Made by a program: the position numbers and the translations under genes. A model generated the notes under the pieces. It was not told the origin of the DNA and made no database searches. It was given only the letters and a program-made list of their open reading frames with translations. 64,000 nucleotides of DNA from Phoronis australis (taxonomy: Eukaryota; Animalia; Phoronida). This document shows positions 33,288 to 45,600 of this stretch, in pieces (within the stretch, counting starts at the first letter, position 1; each line of letters begins with the position of its first letter). The stretch is taken from NCBI GenBank assembly GCA_002633005.1, contig NMRA01000467.1, forward strand, positions 255,081 through 319,080, given 5' to 3'.

Positions 33288-33607
33288 TGTTTAATGTCAT
33301 TGTTCTTGTTTCATGTATCTTGCACGATAGCGTTTATGATTTTAAATTTATTTGCCTTGGATGACTGATGTATAGTCGAAGTACCGCTACTGTTTTATTA
33401 TGAAATGTTTTGTTCAGTGTTTTATTACATATTTACTCATATATTTGTGTTCGTGATGCCACTTACACTGGGCGATCTACTATTTCAACTGCCATCTGAA
33501 GAAAGACATCTATGTAGACACTATGAAAGTTTGTTGAACAAACTAACTAAAGCCAAGAACAGCTTACTATTCAATGAAACATGTATGAAAGAAGGTCTGC
33601 TACCCAA

Positions 33608-33662
<55 letters not shown>

Positions 33663-33664
33663 CA
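33193..33664 (+). mobile_element. Penelope-like pLTR with ORF start, running into a (CA)n microsatellite
   Basis: From 33456: MPLTLGDLLFQLPSEERHLCRHYESLLNKLTKAKNSLLFNETCMKEGLLPKYT. FN..C..E.LLPKYT is a characteristic Penelope-like ORF N-terminus. It is followed directly by (CA)n at 33610-33664. Confidence 0.65.
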
Positions 33665-34744
33665 AACAAACAAACAACACATATATATTCAATAACTAGG
33701 CCTCCGGCCCTTGTTACAATCAAATCATCAAATACAATAAAGGTAAGTGTCAAACACTAGAAGTAAACCTAGTTCTTCTTCGCTTGAATGCGAAATGAAC
33801 ATATTTACATGTTGGCCATATAAGACCTTTTTCCTCCAGAGTCATGAGCCTGTTGAATTTTGTAACATTGGGATTGTTGTAGCTCCATGCAGGCAAATGT
33901 CTTTTTCCTAAGGTCGTCGTAGAATGGGCATTCGATAACAAAATGATATTCTGACTCGACATATGTCCTAACCTTTCTGTTCTGCTAAGTTGAAGTTCAA
34001 GTGTCTACCCTTTTCTATCATTAGTGCATGCGTTGAACATCTTAATCTTACCTTCATGTGAGTGATCAGCACTGCTTCTTATGAATTTTTAAGTCTATTT
34101 TGAGACCCTTTTATGTAAAATCATGAGCAGTGCTTGGAATTTGAGAAATATAAAAGTGGAAATATTGCCTGTGTTCTGTAATTCATTTCTCTTGAAAATT
34201 CAAATGCTGCGCAGATTTCAGTATCTCACGTTTTGAAGATTGTTGAATTGGAGTTTTTAGCGAAGGAAAATGTTTATTCTTCCAATTATGTGCTATTTAA
34301 AACAGGAAGTCGAATGAAATTTTAGCTCTAAGGTAAAGAAGACGCTTTTCAATTTCAAACAAAAAACTATTGCCAACATGACCATTCTTCTGTTTTCAAA
34401 GGCTGAACTATTGTATTAAGGATGATAAAAATGTTTCTATGTTTTAAATTGTTTGAGGGCAGCTGCACAGTGCAATCAATGCTCGTAATGATGCTCATTT
34501 CTATTAATGCTTATTTTCGCTAAGCACTTAGACAAAATGAAATTTCAGTTGTTGGCCTTACTGTGTGCTAAGTTGAAGAGCATTTTGGTTATCTATTTCA
34601 GTTAAATTGGATTTCTGTAACAAGGTGTTTAGATGAAACGGTATTCAGGTTGTCAAAACATTTTTTTATTTTGGGTGGGATGCAGGCTTGCAGAGGTTTT
34701 TTTTAACTTTTTCTTATCAATGTTTAGCTTAGCGATATGTTCAT

Positions 34745-35147
34745 TGGACGACGAACTGTCCTCTTCACTCGTTGTCTAACTGTGCCTGTATTCACTCCCA
34801 CTTCTCAACATCGCAGCAGGGCTGCTTACAGGCTCTGGGCGATGATGAGTACATCCCGGTACGCAGCAACAGTGTGGCATGTTTACTGACTTGTAAACAA
34901 AAGCAAACGACTACCGAACTTATCATAACCGAGGTTGAACAATGACTGACTCGACATCTCTCACACTCAGACTACATGGAGAAGAAATTGGCGCGAAATT
35001 CTTGCCTCCCAAAACGTCACTTCCGGAGTATAGGACGGATTGTTAATTCAATTGCGGAAAGCTGTAATTAAGTGAAAAATATGTCTAGGATAATCAATTA
35101 ACATTATTTTTTGCTAAAAATGACATGAAAAAAGGTTGCCTTCCCCT
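34745..35147 (-). mobile_element. Third Kolobok-family fragment (THAP-side end), inverted relative to the 27367 end
   Basis: Reverse complement of about 27367-27680 joined to 28085-28120 and 28723-28780. Ends ggttgccttcccct|ttaa. Confidence 0.7.
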
Positions 35148-35177
35148 TTAATAAATGAGAGCATGCTCGTCGCATGG

Positions 35178-35270
35178 AATGGAAAGTGGTGGTAAGTCTA
35201 CTTGTAGAGTGGAAAGTGGTGGTAAGTCTACTTGTAGAGTGGTAAGTGGTGGTAAGTCTACTTGTAGAGC
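35178..35270. repeat. 30-bp tandem repeat x3
   Basis: Unit tggaaagtggtggtaagtctacttgtagag. Confidence 0.85.
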
Positions 35271-36261
35271 CTTATTCGTTACTTCTTTAGAAGTCATGAA
35301 ATCGTTCCCATTTTCACAAAGCAACAATTTGAGACCAATTTCATAACCGTAAGTGGTATAATTAAAAATCGGTTGATATGATGGAAGGCGAGTTTGTAGA
35401 TGCTTTTATACATTTTCATTTCTTGATCCGTATCTCTTTTGCCTTTGCCAAACATGTTTCTTTGCTGGACTTGGCCATATCCCGTATAGCATGAATATAC
35501 GCCAAAGTTATTGACCCCACAGATGAAAGCTCTCTTTTTCATTGATAATTAAACAACACTACCTCACAGGTGTTTAATTTATTTGGATCAAACAGTGCTT
35601 ATCATTACAAAGGTCCTTATTTTTCTAACAACATGACATCACGCGCGTTATGTGAACATAAAAAATTCTGATGTACAATTACACCAACAATCACATTTAA
35701 GTTTTGTGTAACGAATTTCTGATAAAATGGTCCAAGTCTTGTGATAATCATTGTTAATTACATATTATTTTAATCATACATGTAAGTCATGCGACTTAAA
35801 AGGCTTCAGACAGAGAAAGTTGTTGTTGACGCTTGAACTCGCAGTAGCAGCACAACTCAAACTGAACGCATCCAAATCACTAAATAATAGTTTACGTTTT
35901 CCATAATGTACTTTACATTGGTAATTTTAGCCATCTCATGCGTTTGTTTTGGTTAAAACAATCTCAAAGCTAGACGTGAGTACACTGTACGTCAATCAAA
36001 CAAATAGATTAGAATAGATTTTCCATTTACGTTTCCAAATGATTTTGATCGTTTAAAATGTCCGGTGTTAATCTAAGAACTGTTTATTTTCAACTGAAGT
36101 CAATTGAACGTTCCAGTCAAAGCTTAAAGGACAAACTTTGTAGGTGTATACCTGGTGAAAATTAAACGCCCAGTCAGATCACCTCAAGCATGTACAGTGT
36201 CAAAGGAACATTTTTAAAACGTCCCGATATACAAAAATTGAAATGTAACGGTGTCCACTTT

Positions 36262-36632
36262 TCACGCAACTTGCATAGCTCCTTCCAAGGCAGTTGGCTT
36301 CAGCCCCAAAAACGCACGCGTTCTCTTGGTACGGTCGAAATACCGCCTTTCAAAGTCGACATTGTTTAAGAAATCTGGAATTTCTTCAAACAGCTCGTTG
36401 CTAGACACGTCAGGATGAGCCAACAGGTACGAGATAGCGCCACTGGTCCCCTGGGTGGTCATTCCGGTGCCGCCATGACCTTCGCTGGTGATGAAATTTG
36501 GCGCCAAGCGATAGAAGAGCGTAAAGTTACGGAAGTTAATCGACCGTGGGCAGGGTTTGAAGGATACTACTCCTTGAATACGATCTCCAAACAGTCTTCG
36601 ACAGAGAGCCATTATGTGAAGCAGGTAAGTTC
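36262..36632 (-). CDS. Copy B exon 7: GTYLLHIMALCRRLFG...GHGGTGMT...RAFLGLKPTALEGAMQVA*
   Basis: Acceptor ttcccag|GA at 36632 and TGA at 36262-36264. Confidence 0.9.
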
Positions 36633-39600
36633 CTGGGAAAAAGAAATTCAAAAGGCGGTGAAAATCAGCTTCATACGGTATCCGAAACAAATGGGAAAGT
36701 ACGAAACACTCTATCTAGTTATTTTAACTTCCGGTTGTAACCTTAAATATTTTTTCAGGTATTTATTATCATTGATAAACAAGTACAAAAACAAACAAGC
36801 AAATAAGTACATTCATTATTCACGCATGCACATCTCGTAAGAAGTAAAGAACTGCTACATGGAATTCACGTAAACAATAAAATTTTCGCAGAAAAGCTGT
36901 CATATACAAAAATTTTATATCCAATTAATTTTTCAGCATTATAGTACTCATAAGTATATGTAACAAACTTGTGAAAATTAAGTATATTTTTGCGGCATCT
37001 CTCCTTGTAAATGTACAGTTTGGCTAGTAATAATAAAATGTTAAATAGAAAATCATGTGTCTCATAAAGTCCAAGAATAACACTTTCGTAACAGAAACAG
37101 CAGGGAAGCTGAATAAGACACTTTTGAAGTAGTTTTTCTGAATTGACATTCCCAAAAAGGGTGTGACAGCGTCTCTGCAGCATTATTACAAAAAGAGCAT
37201 AAATTAGAATCCTGAAAATGGATTTTGACTAAAAAAGTATTTGTTGTAATAATCCTGTGTAATATTCTAAATTGGAACCATCTAATGTTGTGATCCTTTG
37301 TAGTGTCATAAAGCAATGAGTATATTTTCTTTCAATCTAAACTATCTCCTAACTCTATTTCCCATTTACACTCTGACTTAGAAGATCTCTTGAACAAATA
37401 CATGTATGTCTGCAACCCTTCAAACCTTTCCGTAAGTGAGTAATTCCTTAAGGCATGCAAGGAAACTAGACATTAACACTTCTAAATTTACTTTGAAAAA
37501 GACTTTTGAAACTTTTTTTGAACAGAAACAACACCATTATATTCTACTGAAGTTGGTTTTTACATCGAACCTATTTATCATATGGTTTAAACTAATATAA
37601 CGAAATCGCCATCAGAGGTATACATATCTCTGATAAATCTTAAGCCTTTTACAAACCAAAACTTATAAAAGATACTTGTGCCTCCGATCGCCAAGTTACT
37701 ATTAAACCACAAAGGTTGATTCTCAAAGTTCTTTTCACTAGCAACAAATATTTTCTTATAGAAAGATGTCATACTGCCAAATACGTCGCGCCAGTAGGAA
37801 TTACCAAAGTTAACTTCGACTTAATACAGTCATCTCCAAATAAAGCAAAATTTTTTAAGAACGGGTAGAGTGAGTACAGTAATTCACCACTTTAAGACTC
37901 AGGGCTTTCAAGATATCTGCGAGCCAAGGCAAGTTTTAGAACTTTGCTGAAAGTATGTATATTATTGCCTTTTGAAGTCTCCCTTGATCAGGTCCTAAAC
38001 AGGCAGTAGTTCGTTTAATTTTATCATTACGAACCTGCCATACAAATCTAAAAAATGTCGTATTCAATTCATCGAAGACTTGTACTGGTGGATTTGGTAA
38101 ACTTGACAACAAAAATAAGCTTAGAAATAGCCAACCTTTTAAGTACAGTTACTGTACCAAACGGAGTTAAATTTCGTCGACTACAACTTTTTAATAAAGA
38201 CTTAATCTCGGTTATTCTTGCAGTGAAGTTATTATGCGTCATATTATCCAATTGAGTGTCAAAACCCACCCCCAAAAATCTAAAAGACTTTTTTGTCCAA
38301 GACAGGCTTTCTTTTGTAGGAATCACGTCACCACTACCAGTTTTACTTCCAAACCATATGACTTTTGTTTTATCCACATTCACTTGGAGACCGGAAACAC
38401 TAACAAACAAATATAGTACATTCAATGTGCTAGTCAATGACAAATTCGACCCATCCAACGTAATTGATGTGTCGTCCGCATATTGCAAAATCAAATATTC
38501 CTTATTTCCTGCAACTACACCAGCAATATTTTTTATTATTCTTGATTAAGCACGCCAAAATCTCCGCGCACAATGTGAAAAGGTAGGGAGACAAAGGGTC
38601 ACCTTGTCTGCAGCCACGCGAAATATTGAACCAGGAAGATGGGCTACCATTTACGACAACTTAATATTACTATAAAAGACTTTGACCCACCTTCTGATGG
38701 ACCAACCAAAATTAAGGAAAAATATTTTTTTAATAAAATTCCACGATAATGAATCAAATGCTTTCTCAAAATCAATCAGTAAAAGCAAACCTGGTTTCTT
38801 AGCTGCCTGGGCGTAAAACATTAAATCATATAGCACGCGGATATTTTCGTTCATATTTCTTCCGGAAACCTGTCTGGTACTTATTGATTAGTTTTCCCAA
38901 AACGGATTTTAACCGTTCAGCCACAGCCGAAGAAGCCAATTTATATGTCACATTGAGTAAGGATGTGGGTCCTCAGTTTTTCTAATAATGTTTACTTATA
39001 TCTGCTGCCTTAGGGATGCAAGTAATCACCCCCCCCCCTTTCTGTGTTTATGATAACTGACCAACAGCAGAACCAGTATTAAGTGAGTGACCCACGAAAT
39101 GTCCAATATCAGCCCCAAAAAAATCCACTGAAAAACCTCTGGAGCCTGGGCTCTTATTGTTTTTCATTTTTTCATGTGTGACTTCTTCATATGTAAGAAT
39201 ACCTTCTATTTTTTTCTTTTTCTGTCCCACTCAGTTTGGGGACACAAACCTTATCAAGAAGAGTTTCTAAAGCAGAATTAGAATTTAAAATTTCTACATT
39301 TGTTTAGATTTTCATAAAAATGTTTTGGTTTTCTGATTAACCTCTTCTTCACTATCGGTTTTAGTATTGTCAGATTTCCACAAAAAATGCATAGATTTGC
39401 TTGTGTAATGCCTATTTTCCAAGTGAAGAAAATATTTGAAAGGTTTTTCACCTTCCATATAGGAAAGAAAAACAAAGTGAACAATGGATACGCCTATCTA
39501 CCGGTCTCTATGCTACAAGCTTGCGACGTAGTTTCCCGTGGGCGTCATTACGTATTTGTTTTTTGCACCGAAAATTTCACTCTTTCGTTTTGGCTTAGAC

Positions 39601-42600
39601 CAATATGTTCCGCTTTTTATCATGAAGTCCCGCTTTTCAATCCAGTTGCTCCGTTTTTTTGGTTCTGGAAAGTTGACCGTGGCAGCATGGCAACAGGTGC
39701 TTAAAATAACATTCTCTTTTTTGTAAATGTTGTTATTTTTAAGAGCCCAATTTCTTTACAAGCATAACAATCGTAAAAATGTGTTCAATGTGTTCCAATA
39801 TTTCTTGTTTAAACCAGCGCTATTACACTTATCAGAATATCTTATTTTTACTTTCTGAAGAAAAGAGTTTATTTCTAAACTTTTATCAAGTCCTGCAAAG
39901 CAACCAATGTGATGAGCTATCCACAGTTCATTTTAAAGCACATTTTATCAATCAAAAATCCTTTATTTGCAAATTTAGGAAAGACACGTGTTATTGTTTA
40001 TCGCATTCTTCGTACATGTCAGTGAATTCTGAATTTTTACTGACGAAGGCAATTGTATCAAACGACACCAAAGATCCAAGTAATTATAGTATATAAAGGT
40101 GTATAGTTTTTAATGAATGCCTGACTAAATTACCCATTACAAGTGTGACGGATCCAAATGCTAAAACCATTATTTTACAGGGTAGAAATCTGTTGAATCA
40201 TTGAAACTATTACCCTAATGGCTTACCTTGTCCTTTATATTACCTCTCTGGTTCACTTGGTTGTTTGTTTTTCGTATTTTGGTAATACTCTTGGTTTTTA
40301 GAATGAAAAAAATATACCAGTCAGGTATTCGAAATGACTGTTACTTTTGAATTAAATTATTTATCGTTTGCTTCTGGTATAATCATCAAGAATTGAGAAA
40401 GGTCTGTCTAATGATATGGCTCCTACGCAAATCGGTTGAAAAACGGCAGAGTTGCGAAAAGTTTTAATGACAGCAACTTCCCTAGCTAGTGCACACACCG
40501 GAACAAACCAGTGCAGCCAACTCTCACGCATGCGCGGCGAAACCTCAGCGGCTGCGAGATAGGAGTTGGCATTCCAGGCGTGCGTTCAGTAGACGCTAGG
40601 ACCTACGCTAGGACCTAACTAAAACCTAGTCAAAGTCACGTGTTCTTATTTAAAATGCACGGCAATATCTCACGCAATCTCGCGAAGTCTTGCTTTTTAG
40701 CGAGGTCCTAGCGTTACTGAACGGGAGGAAGGACTAGAGTTAGCGGAGAACGAAATAATTTGTTGCGAGCGGCGAGGGACAGCCTAAATAAGGTTGTCTG
40801 AATGAGACCAGTTCGGCGGATCGGTGAACCTTAGCAAACACCAGATCCCAGACCCGGGCATGCAGTTACCTGGCACCCCTCGACTGGCGATGTTTCCTCN
40901 GCATGCGCGGCGAAACCTCAGCGGCTGCGAGATAGGAGTTGCGTTCAGTAGACGCTAGGACCTACGCTAGGACCTAACTAAAACCTAGTCAAAGTCACGT
41001 GTTCTTATTTAAAATGCACGGCAATATCTCACGCAATCTCGCGAAGTCTTGCTTTTTAGCGAGATCCTAGCGTTACTGAACGGGAGGAAGGACTAGAGTT
41101 AGCGGAGAACGAAATAATTTGTTGCGAGCGGCGAGGGACAGCCTAAATAAAGTTGTCTGAATGAGACCAGTTCGGCGGATCGGTGAACCTTAGCAAACAC
41201 CAGATCCCAGACCCGGGCATGCAGTTACCTGGCACCCCTCGACTGGCGATGTTTCCTCCAACCGTGACCTTGACCAGACTGACGTCATCTTTCTCTGAGT
41301 ATGCTATTGGCGTAATGTGGCTAATATGGCACTCCAACGTTGGAATTCGTCCTTTCAAGAGAATGTACCCTGACACCCCTGGCGCCGTGATGATGTGGTC
41401 TGTGGCATTTTTGGAACCGAAAAGCTGGAATTTGAACTTATATCGGTTACCTTAGATATCACAGAGGGGAAATTACATGAACTAATTTAATACTTGCTCC
41501 CTTAGTTCCTTCACAACCACGGAATTACTTGGAATATCAAACTTAGTATATGCAAGCCTAATGACAATTCGGTAGATGGCGCTAGTGCATCAAGTGGCCT
41601 GAAAATTTATGTTTCCTGGACCTACCTTTGGTGGTCGGCTGCCTAAACGTTAAATGCCGGCACAAAACATCTTTACTGTAGGTATCAAAACTTAAGCTGG
41701 ATATTCAGTAATTGTTGCAGGGGCGTGGCTTAGTGCCACTCGAGTGTCAGAACACTAAATCTACATGTAACCTACATGTAGGAGCGAGATAAACTAATTC
41801 ATGCCAGAGACTAACTAGTAAGGGGCTCCAACCTATTCTGACTAACGATTGCATGGTCATAAAATGACGTTTAGTTACCCAGAAAGGACGGGAGACGGCG
41901 CAGATTCGATCATTTACATTTTGAATTCCACACGACACCTTTATAGGCTTAGTCTCTGCGTGCACTGCGCTGATAATAGATTGTATTAAATGCCCAGCAC
42001 TCATGCAAACCTTGTCCTATAGAGTGCACAGCCCTCGGATTATACTGCTTCTAGGATATTAATTAGAATAATTCAAAATGTGTAGAAAAATAACAAAAGA
42101 ACAAAGAATGTTTGACGTCTTGTGTACGGCTATTATAAGTGCGACATTCGTGGCACGTTTCGGGCTAGTTACAAGATTTTCCACATAAGGATGGTAACAT
42201 AGTCAGAAAGTTGACTGTATTTTCGGCTTACGCGAATTCGACTGTTGGATGTTGGCTGGAAATAAATTAAGCACGGGACAACTAGGTAAATTTTAAGGCA
42301 TATATTTTGAACAATGAGAAAGCCCTTTTGCGTGTCAACAATGCAGACTATTGGAAAATCTTGGGCCATCGCTTACAATTATCTAATCAGGCAACCATGT
42401 GAGACTTTCACCCACCAAATCTCCACATGCTGATGAAGTGATTTTTACTTTTAACAAATTTAGATATTAAAAAGGAGCTTAATTCTTCATCAGCACCACC
42501 TAATGAATGACAAGTCATCCATTAGCGTACTCCACGGAAGTCAGAGGAGCTAGTGTAAAAAAATTCTTTTGATGTGCATTGACCTGGGCCACTGATATCA

Positions 42601-45600
42601 TGACATTGGGAAAGTTCAGAAAATCTCTACACATACCTTTCGCAGAAGAGGTGTATCGAAAGTGTCGTATTCTAGGCGGGCGGAGTAACCAAGCGACAGG
42701 ATGAGTTTGTCCACCGGCTTGAATTCAGTGTGACCTTTTGTGAAAAGATATGACAGGAACGGAATAAGCCATTAAAATGTGTTTCTCATCCAAAATCCAA
42801 AAATATTTCCGCAAAATCATGATAAAAAGGCGCTGGTATGCATCCCTTTTGCGATTTCGCTTTGAAACTAGAACATGATCCTCCGCTAGGAAAAGCATTC
42901 TTAAATAATTTTATAGGCAATTAAACAACAAATGAAGATTTTAAAGCATACCCTTCTTGTCGAGAGTTTCAATGCCGACAACACCCTCGTTATCGACGAA
43001 GATTTTCTGTATTTCCTGACCGTATGTCCAGTTATGACCAACAGCCTCTACTAACTTCCGATAGGTGTGGTGGAAGTCTGTGGCCACACGCGATCCGTTA
43101 GGGTGGTGAAAAGCGGTGTGAATTAGTGGACTCTTGTCTCCAAATACTCCTTCAATGAGAGATGCAGGCACACGCGAATACGGAATGTCGAGAATTTTGT
43201 TGACGTTCTGGTAAAGGGTCTCGAGTTCGCATGCCTGTGGAGGGTGAGTGGCGAGAGACCAGCTGGTGTCGTAGTTTCGTGACAAATCCGCTTCAGCAGA
43301 CTTCAATCCCGGAAGTAGAATACCACAGGACTGATCTTCCGGAAGGTACTTCTCTACCCACTTGTCAATCACTCTTAAGACGTCCTTTGTTCCAATCGCG
43401 TACTTCCGGTCATGATACCAATCCGTTCGCTCGAAGTGGTTACCACGCATGTGGAACATGTTGGAAAACAATCTTAGTTCCTCTTTAACCATAAGTTTGA
43501 TGTTGTCGTAGAAGTGTGCATTGAAAAGGTCTTTCAAGGAAATGTCGACGCTTCTGTAACCTGGTGTTCTGGCGTCCTCAATGCTCTTCTCCGTCGGACC
43601 GAAACGCCTTGAGAAAAGTCCTTCCATTAGACTGTGGCCCCTGAATCGGTAATCTTCGTTGATACATGTAGCTAAAATTTTGAAACAACAGAAGTGCTCG
43701 TACAGTGAACATAATTAAACCAAGAAAGTGATAAAGCGTTTAACCCATTCATGGCGTCGTGGCACTTGGAACGCTTGGCCATCTGATAATCAATATTCCT
43801 AACAAGGTTTTAAGCTGCTATAAATTTTTTCTTTAGACTACTTACAACGCTGTCAGACAAGTGTCAGCACAACCCTAACTTAGACGAGAAATGATATCTG
43901 GGTTTGGAAAGAACAGTTGATACGGCGCCTAATTACCCTAATTAGAAAGAATTTAGAGGCAGTTCGTATATTACTTGAGATTATCGTCGCCACATAAAAT
44001 GAGTAGCCGTGGCAAGTCAACTTATTCATTGACAAACAGAAAAAGTAAGCAGTCAATTTATCGAGACCCAGAAATCATATCTAATCTGAGTAGGCCCTAA
44101 GGAGCGATAAGTGATCTAAATCAAAAGTTACTTTTTGATAGAGGGCTGATTTATAGTTAGCATAAGAAAACTGTAATGAGCTAAAACAATTCTGACATTG
44201 GCACAAACTGAACTTTTTTGATAGAAACACTTCCATATTTTGGTAAGTGTCCGAATTCTTAATGCGGGGACATTCGTTGGGATCATTATCACAAGCCAAT
44301 ATAAAGGCGTGCACAGAATAATTAACACCAACGACCCTGCCTGTGACAATTAACTAATTAATTAGGTTTGACTCATTGGCTACTCGTAAAGTACGACACA
44401 CAATGGGAGAACATCAAACAGTCGAGAACATTCTTACCAATATGCTCGTGATAGTTGTAGCCACTGCCAATGAAATTCGAGTCGGCAGTATCACGTGCCA
44501 AGAACGTGACTTCTTCATTATCCCCCTTCTCTCGCGCTCTGACGGCATTGATGACTGCTCCCACCATTGGTCCAGGACCCCCCGCGTAGAGCACACGAGT
44601 GGGCCCTCCTGTTGTTTTCAGGGTCGGTCCTTTGTAACGGCATATTTTCACAGCCTATTACATTGAAACAAAAATACCAGAAATATTTTAGTTAGTAGTG
44701 ATGACATCAATCTGAAAAACAATGAAATGTTCACTGGTGTTCACGATTGAAAACTGCTGTGTTGCGTAGTTATTCTATGCGAAGACATGTAAGTGGCCGA
44801 CTCAGCATGTTGATAACAGTATCAACGCTGGTAACTTCCGAAGGTAGAATTTGTCCTCTTAGATAAGTCGTACCAAAATCGTTGGATAGGCTTATTTGCG
44901 AAAAGGCCGTGCAAAAAGTAGTACTTGTAGCTTTGATAATACCTACATGTAAAACCTCTGAGTTTTGGCGGACATCTTTAACGTATATGAGCGCTAGCAG
45001 GCCGAGACGTACCTCTTATTTTATGAAGCGTAGCCCCGTTATCAAACTGAATTTGTCTGGGAACGTCTGCATTAATTGCCAAGTTGATATTAGCGAAAGG
45101 CGGAGGCAACATCGAAGGGTGAGTCTTTAAAGTAATACATTCTGTAGATTGCCGTATCAACACTTATCGGAAAGAAGCTGTTGTTCAACTGCAAACCATT
45201 TCTTCTTAGTAATCCCCGATGTTTAGTAGCAATAACGATTTGTTTGCAGTTAGTTCAGTAGCGGTACAAACCTTTCGTTTGGGTGGTTCATGATTTGTCA
45301 GGAGGGAAAACGATTCAACTTCTTCAGGAAAATTTGTCTTGGCAAGTCGCAAGACTTCTTCGTCACTCGTCACCCAGTTACTGTAAATGGTTCTTTTGTC
45401 TTTGATTGCTTGTTCGCAGAACTTCTCTGCGTCGGCACCTGGTAAATTTGCGGACAAAAATCTGACCTACAAAATCGAGACAATGACTCATTTGAACGTT
45501 GATAATTTATATTAGATATTTCACATTTCGTTAGGCAACAAGGGCGAAGTGTTCAAAACGCCTTAATCGAGCACTGTCGATTTTACGATCGACATAGTTC

